This document shows, in pieces, positions 27,855 through 37,500 of a DNA stretch of 39,758 nt. Every line of letters starts with the position of its first letter. The stretch's first letter is position 1. The notes under the pieces were generated by a model that saw only the letters and a program-made list of their open reading frames with translations, was not told the origin of the DNA and did not search any database. The translations under genes and the position numbers were made by a program. The DNA comes from an uncultured Candidatus Epulonipiscium sp. (GTDB lineage: Bacteria; Bacillota; Clostridia; Lachnospirales; Anaerotignaceae). Where the stretch lies: assembly GCA_964497675.1 (NCBI GenBank), contig CAZCDP010000002.1, positions 1 to 39,758 of the forward strand, given 5' to 3'.

Positions 27855-29519
27855 CTAATCAACTCTTGTAAACACAATGGTAAATTTCGTTCCTTTGCCT
27901 TCTGCACTTTCCAATCCAATTTTTGCATCATGATATTTCGCAGCATATTTTACAATGGAAAGCCCCAGCCCGGTACCGCCCGTTTCCTTGGAATGGCTTT
28001 TATCCACACGATAAAACCGTTCAAAAATACGGCTTTGATGGGCCACAGGGATACCGATGCCTGTGTCAGACACCACAACTCTTGCCCCTTCTTCCGTATT
28101 AGAAACTTGGACAAAAACCTTTCCGCCGGCATGGTTGTATTTAATGGCATTATCACAGAGATTCCCTATCATCTCAGAAAGAATTGGTTTTACGCCCTTG
28201 ACTACTGCCCTTTCGCCCTCCAAAAAGACGTTGACCTCAGCCTTCTCCCCAACAGGACGAAGCCTTGTTATGCTCTCGCGGCAGAGTTCATATAAATCCA
28301 CATCCTCCCATGGTAAGCCTATGTTTTTCTCATCCAGTCTGGAAAGCTCTATAATATCCTCCACTAATGTAATCAACCGCGCTGTTTCCTTATAAATATG
28401 GGCGGCAAAACGGGGAATATCCTCTTTTTTTGCAATCCCTTTTTGTATAATTTCCGCATAGCCTGAAATGGAGGTAAGAGGGGTTTTGAGTTCATGGGAT
28501 ACATTGGCAGAAAACTCCTGCCGTAATCGTTCCCCTTCCTCTTTTTCGGTAATATCCAGAACGAGTAGTACAATGCCTCGCACATCTTCCCCCTCTTTGA
28601 TTGGTGTTGCCATCAACTGATAACAGCGCCCGTTCCTTTTAAATTTTTCTTCTGCCGCCATTCCCGAAAGCCCTTTTTCTGCTGCATTTTTAAACTCCCA
28701 GCTTCTGTTGAGTTCTAAAAAATAGCTTCCCTGACACGCCTTATTACCAAAAACATCGCAGGCACTTTGATTGATGGAAAGGATATTCCCTTTTGCATCC
28801 AACACCAACAAGCCCTCATTCATATTTTCCGTAATAAACGAAAACTCTCGCTGTTGCTTTTTCATTTGCTCCATTTGTCCTTCTATTTGTTTGTTTTGCG
28901 CCTCTATTTTCCGAAGCAGTGGTGAAAACTCTCCATACACATTATTTAATAGGGGCGTTTCCAAATTGATATTGTTAATCGGGTCAATGATTTTTTTCGT
29001 CTGTTTTTTTGCAATAACAAGGGCTGCGGCAATAATAATAATAACAATAACAATCATATAAGGAGTCAGTCCCAGCAAGGTTAAAAGTATGCTGTCCGTC
29101 GTAATTGCCACTCGAATGATACTGCCGCTATCCAATCGCACCGCATAATAAAAGGTTTGCTTTGCCATTGTTTGGGACCTGCGCACCGCTTCGCCGTACC
29201 CCACTGCCATTGCCTGTTGTACCTCTGTACGTGCTCCGTGATTTTCCATTTTTTCTGCCGCTTCCCTATTATCGTACTCCACAGTACCTTTCGGGTCTAT
29301 CAGCGTAATTCGAAGATTCGGCTTGATTTTGTCCACAGACTCCAAAAAAGTACTTCCGCCCATATTCATGCCTATGGCAATATAATTTGCTTCTTTTTTT
29401 ATCTCGCCCTTCCTATCCTCATAAAGCTGATGATACATCACACCAAATATCAGCAAAAAAGTGATAAAAATAGTCAGTGCGGAAATTGCAAAAAGATTCC
29501 TAAAAATTTTTTGCTTCAT
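27855..29519 (-). CDS. phoR: Phosphate-regulon sensor histidine kinase
   Basis: Two TM segments flank an extracytoplasmic domain, followed by PAS, HisKA (FSANVSHELKTPLTSI) and HATPase (..DTGIGIP..GGTGLGLSIV). It is the last gene of the pst-phoU-phoPR string. Confidence 0.85.
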   Translation of the reverse strand: MKQKIFRNLFAISALTIFITFLLIFGVMYHQLYEDRKGEIKKEANYIAIGMNMGGSTFLESVDKIKPNLRITLIDPKGTVEYDNREAAEKMENHGARTEVQQAMAVGYGEAVRRSQTMAKQTFYYAVRLDSGSIIRVAITTDSILLTLLGLTPYMIVIVIIIIAAALVIAKKQTKKIIDPINNINLETPLLNNVYGEFSPLLRKIEAQNKQIEGQMEQMKKQQREFSFITENMNEGLLVLDAKGNILSINQSACDVFGNKACQGSYFLELNRSWEFKNAAEKGLSGMAAEEKFKRNGRCYQLMATPIKEGEDVRGIVLLVLDITEKEEGERLRQEFSANVSHELKTPLTSISGYAEIIQKGIAKKEDIPRFAAHIYKETARLITLVEDIIELSRLDEKNIGLPWEDVDLYELCRESITRLRPVGEKAEVNVFLEGERAVVKGVKPILSEMIGNLCDNAIKYNHAGGKVFVQVSNTEEGARVVVSDTGIGIPVAHQSRIFERFYRVDKSHSKETGGTGLGLSIVKYAAKYHDAKIGLESAEGKGTKFTIVFTRVD

Positions 29520-30190
29520 CTTGCACCTCCTATTTTATACCCCACTCCCCGAATCGTTTCTATAATATTAGCCCCAGCCCCAAGTTTTTGGCGTAAAGTA
29601 CGGATATGTACATCTACCGTTCTCGTTTCCCCCTCAAAATGGTAGCCCCATATCTTTTCCAGCAAGGTATCCCTTGTCATAACAACCCCTGCGTTCTCCA
29701 TAAGGGTTCTAAGAAGGTCAAATTCTTTTAACGTCAAAATGACTTCCTGTCCATTCACAAAAACACAGTGCTTTTTGGTGTTTAATGCCACACCGCCCGC
29801 CACCAAATCTGCCTCTTCTTCCTTTGGTGCAGCACGACGAAGCACCGCCTTGATGCGGGAGATTAGCTCCATCATGCCAAAGGGTTTTGTCATATAATCA
29901 TCTGCACCGTTATCAAGACCAATGACTTTATCATATTCCGCCGATTTTGCAGTGAGCATAATGACAGGAATATCCTTTGTATCTGCTTCGCTTTTTAGTT
30001 GCTTTAAAATAGAAATCCCGTCCTCAACAGGAAGCATAATATCAAGGAGTATAAGCTCCGGCTTTGTATGGCTCAATGCTTTTTTCAGTTCTTCACCGCT
30101 GCCAAGCCCCATTGCCTGAAAGCCTGTATTTTGCAGCGTATATACCACCAACTCTCTGATACTGTCATCATCTTCAACACAATAAATCAT
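29516..30190 (-). CDS. phoP: OmpR-family response regulator (PhoP/PhoB type)
   Basis: MIYCVEDDDSIREL..LLDIMLP.. receiver domain plus a winged-helix (TVDVHIRTLRQKL..IETIRGVGYK). The start is placed at ATG 30190, which forms an ATGA overlap with the phoU stop. Confidence 0.85.
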   Translation of the reverse strand: MIYCVEDDDSIRELVVYTLQNTGFQAMGLGSGEELKKALSHTKPELILLDIMLPVEDGISILKQLKSEADTKDIPVIMLTAKSAEYDKVIGLDNGADDYMTKPFGMMELISRIKAVLRRAAPKEEEADLVAGGVALNTKKHCVFVNGQEVILTLKEFDLLRTLMENAGVVMTRDTLLEKIWGYHFEGETRTVDVHIRTLRQKLGAGANIIETIRGVGYKIGGAR

Positions 30191-30840
30191 AGCGTCCCTT
30201 CCTTTTCTCGCCTTCCTGTGATAGAAAATTCCACCCATTCAGCAATATTGGTCGCATGGTCACCGATTCTTTCAAAATATTTTGCAATCATCAAAATATC
30301 CAGAGCATACTCTCCGTTTTTTGTATCCTTACCAATGAGTTCAATCAATTCCAATTTCAGTGTTGCAAAATAACCGTCCACCACGTCATCATAGTCTATG
30401 ACATCCCTTGCAAGCTGTACATTACGCTGTACAAAAGCATCAATACTTTCTGTCACCATACGAATGGTTGCTTTGGACATCTCCCCGATATGAAGAAAAT
30501 GATTGGGAACCGTAATATTTGCCATCATAACAATTTCTGCAATATCTGCCGCTTGGTCGCCGATACGCTCCATATCTGTAATCATTTTCAACGCTGCTGA
30601 AATAAGGCGCAAGTCCTTAGCAACAGGCTGTTGCTGTAACAAAAGCTTCAGGCAGAGATTTTCGATTTCCCGCTCCTTTTGGTCAATGTCCTTCTCCATT
30701 GCAATGGCTTCACGGGCAAGGGACATATCCCCATCCAGCAGTGCTTTTGCCGCTGTGGCAATGGCACTTTCGCAAAGAACACCCATCCCCACAAGCTCAT
30801 GATTTAAGCGTTCCAGTTGGTCGTCCAATCTATTTCGCAT
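30187..30840 (-). CDS. phoU: Phosphate signalling complex protein PhoU
   Basis: 217 aa with duplicated PhoU repeats (..DMERIGDQAADIAE.. / ..YFERIGDHATNIAEW..). Confidence 0.9.
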   Translation of the reverse strand: MRNRLDDQLERLNHELVGMGVLCESAIATAAKALLDGDMSLAREAIAMEKDIDQKEREIENLCLKLLLQQQPVAKDLRLISAALKMITDMERIGDQAADIAEIVMMANITVPNHFLHIGEMSKATIRMVTESIDAFVQRNVQLARDVIDYDDVVDGYFATLKLELIELIGKDTKNGEYALDILMIAKYFERIGDHATNIAEWVEFSITGRREKEGTL

Positions 30841-31601
30841 CAGCCAAACCTCCCTGTAATATAGTCTTCTGTTTTCTTTTCTCTTGGTGTAGAAAACAGT
30901 TCCACCGTTTTACCAAATTCGACCACCTCTCCCATGAGAAAAAAGGCCGTTTTATCCGATATACGGGCGGCCTGCTGCATATTATGGGTCACCATAATGA
31001 TAGTGTACCTACTTTTCAGCTCCAGTGCAAGGTCTTCAATTTTAGAAGTGGAAATGGGATCAAGGGCAGACGTTGGTTCATCCATGAGCAATACTTCGGG
31101 ATTGACCGCCAATGCTCTCGCAATACACAGCCTCTGCTGCTGACCACCTGATAACCCCAGTGCATTCTTTTTCAGCCTGTCCTTCACTTCGTCCCATATA
31201 GCAGCATCCTTCAAGGATTTTTCTACGATTTCATCCAATTTCCCTTTAAACCGAACCCCATGGGTACGAGGGCCGAAGGCGATATTGTCATATATGCTCA
31301 TAGGGAAGGGGTTTGGCTTTTGAAACACCATGCCCACACGCTTTCTCAAGCAGTTAATATCCATATTCCCATAAATATTTTCCTCGTTCAGCAGTACTTT
31401 CCCTTCTATCTTGCACCCTTCCACCAAATCATTCATGCGATTGATGGTTTTCAGCAGTGTAGATTTGCCACAGCCGGAAGGACCGATAAATGCCGTAATT
31501 TCTTTGCTGTCAATTCCCATATTTATATTGTTTAAAGCCTTAAAATCTCCATAATATAGGTTTAAGTTTTCTACGGTTATTTTATTCATTTTTTTATTCA
31601 T
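30840..31601 (-). CDS. pstB: Phosphate ABC transporter ATP-binding protein
   Basis: [36 protein letters not shown] and the typical PstB N-terminus. Confidence 0.92.
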   Translation of the reverse strand: MNKKMNKITVENLNLYYGDFKALNNINMGIDSKEITAFIGPSGCGKSTLLKTINRMNDLVEGCKIEGKVLLNEENIYGNMDINCLRKRVGMVFQKPNPFPMSIYDNIAFGPRTHGVRFKGKLDEIVEKSLKDAAIWDEVKDRLKKNALGLSGGQQQRLCIARALAVNPEVLLMDEPTSALDPISTSKIEDLALELKSRYTIIMVTHNMQQAARISDKTAFFLMGEVVEFGKTVELFSTPREKKTEDYITGRFG

Positions 31602-31604
31602 TTT

Positions 31605-32447
31605 TTATCCTTTCCCTATTTTCTTTGCCGCAAAAGCAGATAGTCCATTGATTCCTAATACAATAACAAGCAATACTACAGCCGTTGCATAAGATTGATT
31701 CACATAAAGTCCTTCGCTTGACAGGTTATACATATGCACCGAAAGGGTTCGACCCGATGAAAGCAAATTGTCGGGTATCTGTGCCACCGTTCCTGCTGTA
31801 TAAATCAACGCCGCTGTTTCCCCCACAATCCTTCCTGCTCCCAAAATAACACCTGCCAAGATACCGGGAACGGCAGAGGGCAAAACAATTCTAAAAACAG
31901 TACGGAGCCTGCCTGCCCCAAGTCCAAAGCTGCCTTCCCGATAGGCATCGGGAACAGCTTTTAACGCTTCTTCTGTTGTACGCAGAATTAAAGGTAATAT
32001 CATAATCGCCAAAGTACAGGCACCCGCCAAAAGGGAATATCCCCAACCAAGAGCCGTTACAAAAAACAAAAGCCCGAACAGCCCATAGACAATAGAAGGA
32101 ATTCCCGACAAGGTTTCAGCAGTAAGGCGGATAAGCCCAACCAGCCGATTTCCCCGTTTTGCATATTCCACAAGATAGATAGCAGAAAAAATGCCTAGGG
32201 GTGCCGCAAGCAACAGGGACAGGAATGTCATAATCAATGTATTAACCAAGGCTGGAAATAAGGAAACATTTTCCGAAGTATAGTTCAAAGAAAAAAGGTC
32301 TGTCGAAAGATAAGGCACACCCTTCACCAATATATATCCTGTCAAAAACAACAAAGCCCCTACTGTAAGGCTTGCTGACAAAATAACCAGCAGATATAAA
32401 ACCAAAGAAAGAGGTTCTTTTTTATAAAATTTGTATGCATGATTCAT
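31605..32447 (-). CDS. pstA: Phosphate ABC transporter permease PstA
   Basis: 280 aa permease with EAA loop EGSFGLGAGRLRTVFRIVLPSAVPG. Confidence 0.88.
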   Translation of the reverse strand: MNHAYKFYKKEPLSLVLYLLVILSASLTVGALLFLTGYILVKGVPYLSTDLFSLNYTSENVSLFPALVNTLIMTFLSLLLAAPLGIFSAIYLVEYAKRGNRLVGLIRLTAETLSGIPSIVYGLFGLLFFVTALGWGYSLLAGACTLAIMILPLILRTTEEALKAVPDAYREGSFGLGAGRLRTVFRIVLPSAVPGILAGVILGAGRIVGETAALIYTAGTVAQIPDNLLSSGRTLSVHMYNLSSEGLYVNQSYATAVVLLVIVLGINGLSAFAAKKIGKG

Positions 32448-32448
32448 A

Positions 32449-33297
32449 TTATTTTTCTCTCCTTTTGATCATCGAAAAAGATAGATTGATGAACAGGATA
32501 AAAACAAACAGGACAACAGCCGTAGCAATTAACGCTTCCCTATGCAAATCAGCGGCGTAGCCCATCTCAATCACAATATTGGCTGTAAGGGTGCGGACAC
32601 CTTTTAGGATACCGGCAGGCATTCGTGCTTGGTTGCCTGCAACCATGATGACCGCCATGGTTTCTCCGATAGCTCGCCCCACACCCAATACGATTCCCGC
32701 AAGAATGCCCGATTTCGCCGCCGGGAGAACAGCGAAAAATACACTTCTTTCGTGGCTTGCACCAAGTGCTAGGGCACCCTCATAATAACTATTGGGAACC
32801 GCACGGATTGCAGATTCACTGACACCGATAATGGTCGGAAGTATCATAATTCCAAGGAGGATAGACGCTGTCAGTATACTGCTTCCGTTGCCGCCAAAAA
32901 CTGTTCTGGTAAAGGGAACAATTACCACAAGCCCAAAAAATCCATAAATAACAGAAGGGATACCCGCCAGCAAATCAATAGCGGGCTTAATACCCTTATA
33001 AAGCTTCGGAGGACAAAAACGTGCCAGAAAAACAGCACTCAAAATCCCCAAGGGGACACCAACGAAGCAAGCCCCCGCTGTAACATAAATACTCCCTACA
33101 ATCATAGGGAATATGCCAAAGCGGTTATTGGTTGGCTTCCATGTCCTGCCCAAAAAAAAGTCAAACACACCAATCTTGTGCATGGCGGGTATTCCGTTTG
33201 CAAAAAGAAACAGGCAGATTAATACAACAGCAAGTATGGACACACAGGCGCAAATCAAAAATACACCCTGCATAATCTGTTCTTTATATTTTTTCAT
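32449..33297 (-). CDS. pstC: Phosphate ABC transporter permease PstC
   Basis: 282 aa permease with EGALALGASHERSVFFAVLPAAKSG. Confidence 0.88.
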   Translation of the reverse strand: MKKYKEQIMQGVFLICACVSILAVVLICLFLFANGIPAMHKIGVFDFFLGRTWKPTNNRFGIFPMIVGSIYVTAGACFVGVPLGILSAVFLARFCPPKLYKGIKPAIDLLAGIPSVIYGFFGLVVIVPFTRTVFGGNGSSILTASILLGIMILPTIIGVSESAIRAVPNSYYEGALALGASHERSVFFAVLPAAKSGILAGIVLGVGRAIGETMAVIMVAGNQARMPAGILKGVRTLTANIVIEMGYAADLHREALIATAVVLFVFILFINLSFSMIKRREK

Positions 33298-33363
33298 ATT
33301 TTCACTCCATAGCCTATGAGGAGTCGCAGCTTTTTGCCGCAGCCCCTCTCTACATAATTTCTA

Positions 33364-34284
33364 TTATTTACCTATTACTTCAGACCATACCGCATTCTTT
33401 CCGGTAAAGATATCTTTCACCTTTTCTGTTGTCAAGTCATCCGTTGTATTTTCTTTATGAACAATAACTGCGATGCCGTCTAAGGCAATAACAGTACCTT
33501 TTAACCCTTTTTCTATTTCACTGTCCTTTAAATCTCTGGATGCCATACCGATATCGCAAATGCCGTCTATGGTACTTGTCATACCTGTTGTAGAGTCACT
33601 CTGCTGGATTTCAATGGCAGCATCAGGGTTCACCTGCATATAACCTTCTTTTAATTTTTCCATAACAGGTGTTACAGAAGAGGAACCTGCAATCACAATT
33701 TCCCCAGCCGGCTTGCTTCCACTATAAGCCTCTGCCTTTGATACAGGAATATATCCGCTTTCTTCCACAATCGCCTGACCGTCTGCGCTCATAATGTACG
33801 CAATAAAGTCCTGAGCGATTTCACTTACATTCTCTTTTGTTGCAATTTGAAATGGACGTGCGATTTTGTAGCTGCCGGATTTAATGTTTTCTACGGTTGG
33901 TTCTTGCCCATCAATATGTACCGCTTTTACGGTATCATTCAGAGAGCCGAGGGAAATATAGCCAATGGCATAGGGATTTCCGGCAACGGTGGTCATCATA
34001 ACAGATGTACTGTTTGTGATATTGGCATCTTCCGTCGTATAGTCAATCTTTTCACCTTTTTCGTTCTTTTCCTCAATGCCAAATAATTCAATAAATGCAC
34101 CTCTTGTACCGGAACCATCTTCACGGGAAACAACCGTTATTTCCTTTTCTGCGTCAAACTCAGTTGCTTTTGCATTTTCGTCGGTCCCACTTTGACTATC
34201 TGTTTCTTGTGCTTTTCCACAGCCGCCAAGGAACATTGCAGATACTAACAAACATGACACCATAATACCCACTATTTTTTTCAT
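33364..34284 (-). CDS. pstS: Phosphate-binding lipoprotein PstS
   Basis: Lipobox FLGGCGK and the PBP-like SREDGSGTRGAF motif. SD AAAGGAGAA. Confidence 0.88.
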   Translation of the reverse strand: MKKIVGIMVSCLLVSAMFLGGCGKAQETDSQSGTDENAKATEFDAEKEITVVSREDGSGTRGAFIELFGIEEKNEKGEKIDYTTEDANITNSTSVMMTTVAGNPYAIGYISLGSLNDTVKAVHIDGQEPTVENIKSGSYKIARPFQIATKENVSEIAQDFIAYIMSADGQAIVEESGYIPVSKAEAYSGSKPAGEIVIAGSSSVTPVMEKLKEGYMQVNPDAAIEIQQSDSTTGMTSTIDGICDIGMASRDLKDSEIEKGLKGTVIALDGIAVIVHKENTTDDLTTEKVKDIFTGKNAVWSEVIGK

Positions 34285-34338
34285 TTTACATTCTCCTTTA
34301 CAATTTTAACAATTTTAAATTCTCTTTTGAACGACTCC

Positions 34339-34393
34339 ATTGTATCTTTCCAATGTTAAATCTAAAAGTGAATAAATGTTAAATCTAAGTTAA
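34339..34393 (-). promoter_or_regulatory. Pho-box-type promoter of the pst operon
   Basis: The minus strand reads TTAACT-tagat-TTAACA-ttta-TTCACT-tttagat-TTAACA. The hexamers start at 34393, 34382, 34372 and 34359, spaced ~10-13 nt apart. They are followed by TACAAT (34344-34339). Confidence 0.55.
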
Positions 34394-34460
34394 TCAATTT
34401 TTTTGGAATTGGTTAACTTTGCATAGCCACGCTATGTAAAATATATAAAAATACTAACAT

Positions 34461-34486
34461 TTAAAAAAGCCGATACCAATCGGCTT
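34461..34486 (-). terminator. Orphan minus-strand rho-independent terminator upstream of the pst promoter
   Basis: On the minus strand: AAGCCGAT-tggt-ATCGGCTT followed by TTTTAAATG (plus-strand A-run 34463-34468). No ORF of 60 aa or more ends upstream of it. Confidence 0.6.
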
Positions 34487-34502
34487 GGAGCGTGTCCATA
34501 AA

Positions 34503-34700
34503 GTACAGGGTATAGACTTTGTCTACGCCCCCTCTTAGAGGGCTTACCTCCAAACCACCACAAGGTGCAACCCTTGACACATAATAGAAAACTACGGTTC
34601 CCCTGTTATTTACCCACGCCGCCGACAAAAAGGTCAGTCGGCCATGTAGTAGATTGCCAGAGCAGATTGCCGAAATACACCAAATAGGGGCAGTCCCAAG
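34503..34700. repeat. Mosaic intergenic repeat locus G
   Basis: GGTATAGAC-ttt-GTCTACGCC (34509-34529) and CCCTC-tta-GAGGG (34530-34542). CCTCCAAACCACCACAAGGTGCAACCCTTGACACATAATAGAAAACTACGG (34547-34597) aligns with 16680-16729. Hairpin GCCGAC..GTCGGC (34621-34642). AGATTGCC occurs twice (34651-34658, 34664-34671). Confidence 0.7.
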
Positions 34701-34779
34701 GTTTCAATGGTTTTTTCTTTAAAATCCTATCTGTCATAATTAAATTTATTAAAATTAAGCAAAATTTTGAAAATTTGTA

Positions 34780-34807
34780 TTGTTTTTTCCACCGTATTGT
34801 GTATAAT
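34780..34807 (+). promoter_or_regulatory. Candidate promoter about 430 nt upstream of the PAS-GGDEF gene
   Basis: TTGTTT (34780-34785), a 16-nt spacer, then TATAAT (34802-34807). Confidence 0.3.
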
Positions 34808-35234
34808 GAATATGTTTATATTTCTTTAAACAAAATTATGGGATGAAATTTTGTAAAATAGACAGTAACCTTTAATACATGACGATAAATTTTGTAAAAA
34901 ATTATTTATTTCTGTTTTTGCAGCTACTATTATCTTTGTTCTTTTTATATAATAATATACTCTATTTTTGGAAATAAGCTATTACAGTAGGGATAATCCA
35001 AGTTTCATTCGGTAGGTTAACTGCTGCAAAGCTGGTCATTTGTCGGTCATGTCATCCATTTTATACCATACTTTCATACATCTTACATTTATGCACCATA
35101 GAAAAATAACTTAACCTATGGTAAATCATAAAAACATGGGTTTCATTCGTTCTTTTACTTTTTACAGACAGCCCTGTACCGAACAAAAAAATTTTGATTT
35201 GTAGCTGTATAAGTTTCTTATTTGTAGCCTTTCC

Positions 35235-37439
35235 ATGGAACGCAAAATTAAAAAAGGAATGACGATGCACATGATACATACTATAAAAATAGCCAAACAG
35301 CTATACAAAGAATTTATGTATGCCTATCTAATCGAAAAAAATATTTCAAAAATGCTGTCTTTTGTAACAGATGACATCTACTATATTGGCACCGGTTTCT
35401 TAGAAACAGCACATAACAAAGAAGAATTGCAGACCCTTCTGCAAACATATATATTGAATAATCCGGAACCCTTTGCTATTCTTTACGATGAAATTACCGT
35501 CAAAGAAAATCATTATGGCGGTATTTATTTATACGTTACTGCCACGTTGAGCAAAGAAATTCCCAACAGTGAAGTACTGCGTATGAAAATCCGCCAGACT
35601 GTTTCCATCGTATTATGCAGCAACGAATATAAAATTTCTATGCTTCATACCTCCATGGCCTCCAGTATTCAAGAAGGAGAGGAATTCTATCCCATACAGT
35701 TCGGCAAAAAAACAATGCAGCAGTTAAAAGCAGAAATCCATATAAAAGCCTTTGAACTTCTAAATAAAGTAATTCCCTGCGGCATTTGTGAACTGCAACT
35801 AGACGACAGCTTTACTTTGTTATATGGCAACGATACCTTCTATGAGTTATATGGCTATTCGCCGACTGAAATGAAAGCTTTACTGAACAACCAGTTATAT
35901 AAAGCCTTCCATCCTGAGGATTTTGCATCTAATACCAAAGTTATAAAAAACGCTCTGAAAAAGAAGCAAACAGGCTTTGAAGTGGAAAATCGTGTATTCC
36001 GAAAAGATGGCTCCCTCATTTGGGTGTTCACCCGAGGAACCCTTACAGAATCCAAGAACGGTAAGGTCATGAACTGTATCATGCTTGATAGTACGAAACG
36101 CAAAGCCATAGAACAAGCATTAAGAATCAGCGAGGAACGGTTTCGTATTGCCTTGGAACAGACAAAAAATATCATCTTTGATTATAATATACAGACAAAC
36201 CAGGTCTGTAATTTCAATCATCCCATAGATGTATTGGGATTTCCAAATAAAATCGATAACCTGCCTTACTCTATCATTGAAAGCGGTGTTATCTGTCCTG
36301 AGAGTGTAGAGGAATTTATTCATACCTTTGAGCAAATTAGAAAGGGTACGCCAAACACCTCCTGTATTGTAAAAACAAGGGAAATAAACGGCAGCTTCTG
36401 TTGGAATCAGATTACCCTTACCTCACTCTTTGACGTAGACGGAAACCCTCTTCGTTGTATAGGTGTTATCGAGGACATCACCAAACAAAAAGAAATGGAA
36501 CTCAAATATGCCCAAGAAGAACAATACCGTTCTGCAATGTTGTCAGAGGCTCTTTTTACATATGAAATCAACCTCTCAAAAAATCAAATTACAAAAGGTT
36601 CTAAGAAATGGAACAAGCACCTTGGCTTTATTGTTTGTTCAAATTACGAAAAGTTAACAGAAACACTTTGTAAACAGACTGTTTCTCCCGATGACTGCAA
36701 AAAGTTTATGGATACCTTTTCTATAGAAAATTTGATGCTGGCATATAGGCAGCAAATTTCCGAATTAAATCTGGAATATGAAATGTATAGCGATAATGGG
36801 AATATCATCTGGGTTTCCTGTACCATGCACCTGTTACAAGACCCCTTTTCCAGCGACCTCAAGGGTTTCTTATACATCAAAAATATTGATAAAAGAAAAA
36901 AACAGGAGCTGTTCTGGCGGCATCAGGCAGAACGGGATTCTCTGACAAATCTCTATAACAAGCTGTCGACGAAAAATAGAATTTCAGACTACCTTCAAAA
37001 CACACAAAAAAAAGCGATTCACGCCTTTTTCTTCATTGATATTGATGATTTTAAGGCCATCAATGATAATCTGGGGCATGTTTTCGGAGATGCTGTATTG
37101 TCTAACATTGCAACTAAAATACAGAACACTTTTCGAAAAAGTGATATTATCGGCCGTATGGGCGGCGATGAATATGTCGTATTTATGAAAGATATTCCTT
37201 CTCAAGAACACGCCATAAAAAAGGCAAAAGAGCTTTGTCAGTCATTCCGTATTGCCTTTGCTGGAAATGAAGAAATCTGCAAGGTATCCGGTGCCGTTGG
37301 CATTTCTTTCTACCCCGCACATGGCACAACCTTTGAGGAGCTTTATGAAAAGGCGGATAAAGCCATGTATTACACAAAAAGCATGGGGAAGGATCAATTT
37401 GCAGTATACAGTGATAAAATAAAACATAACACTCTATGA
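35235..37439 (+). CDS. Multi-PAS diguanylate cyclase (GGDEF-domain protein)
   Basis: C-terminal GGDEF domain with DSLTNLYN, FFIDIDDFKAINDNLGH and RKSDIIGRMGGDEYVVF. That last stretch has an RxxD I-site 5 aa before a GGDEY active-site variant. PAS-like repeats lie upstream. The true start may be ATG 35265, behind AGGA. Confidence 0.85.
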   Translation: MERKIKKGMTMHMIHTIKIAKQLYKEFMYAYLIEKNISKMLSFVTDDIYYIGTGFLETAHNKEELQTLLQTYILNNPEPFAILYDEITVKENHYGGIYLYVTATLSKEIPNSEVLRMKIRQTVSIVLCSNEYKISMLHTSMASSIQEGEEFYPIQFGKKTMQQLKAEIHIKAFELLNKVIPCGICELQLDDSFTLLYGNDTFYELYGYSPTEMKALLNNQLYKAFHPEDFASNTKVIKNALKKKQTGFEVENRVFRKDGSLIWVFTRGTLTESKNGKVMNCIMLDSTKRKAIEQALRISEERFRIALEQTKNIIFDYNIQTNQVCNFNHPIDVLGFPNKIDNLPYSIIESGVICPESVEEFIHTFEQIRKGTPNTSCIVKTREINGSFCWNQITLTSLFDVDGNPLRCIGVIEDITKQKEMELKYAQEEQYRSAMLSEALFTYEINLSKNQITKGSKKWNKHLGFIVCSNYEKLTETLCKQTVSPDDCKKFMDTFSIENLMLAYRQQISELNLEYEMYSDNGNIIWVSCTMHLLQDPFSSDLKGFLYIKNIDKRKKQELFWRHQAERDSLTNLYNKLSTKNRISDYLQNTQKKAIHAFFFIDIDDFKAINDNLGHVFGDAVLSNIATKIQNTFRKSDIIGRMGGDEYVVFMKDIPSQEHAIKKAKELCQSFRIAFAGNEEICKVSGAVGISFYPAHGTTFEELYEKADKAMYYTKSMGKDQFAVYSDKIKHNTL

Positions 37440-37500
37440 ACTGCATTCTCCGAACCCTTGGGAAAAAAATAAAAAGGCGTTTGCCAGCGTGTCAGTAAAA

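Noticed and set aside
27671-27946. 91-aa minus-strand ORF overlapping the phoR 3' end
   Set aside because: It overlaps phoR out of frame and continues into the P repeat unit, with no SD.
33298-33363. pstS-pstC intercistronic segment examined for an attenuator hairpin
   Set aside because: The CGCAGC motifs there are direct rather than inverted repeats, and no stable stem could be drawn.
34879-34977. 32-codon hydrophobic micro-ORF (MTINFVKNYLFLFLQLLLSLFFLYNNILYFWK) in the GGDEF leader; considered as a type I toxin-like peptide
   Set aside because: No Shine-Dalgarno sequence lies within 20 nt upstream. The hydrophobicity follows from T-rich sequence. I could not identify a paired antisense RNA signal.
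35061-35279. 72-aa minus-strand ORF overlapping the GGDEF gene start
   Set aside because: It is antisense to the start region of a well-supported gene, has no SD and lies in AT-rich sequence.
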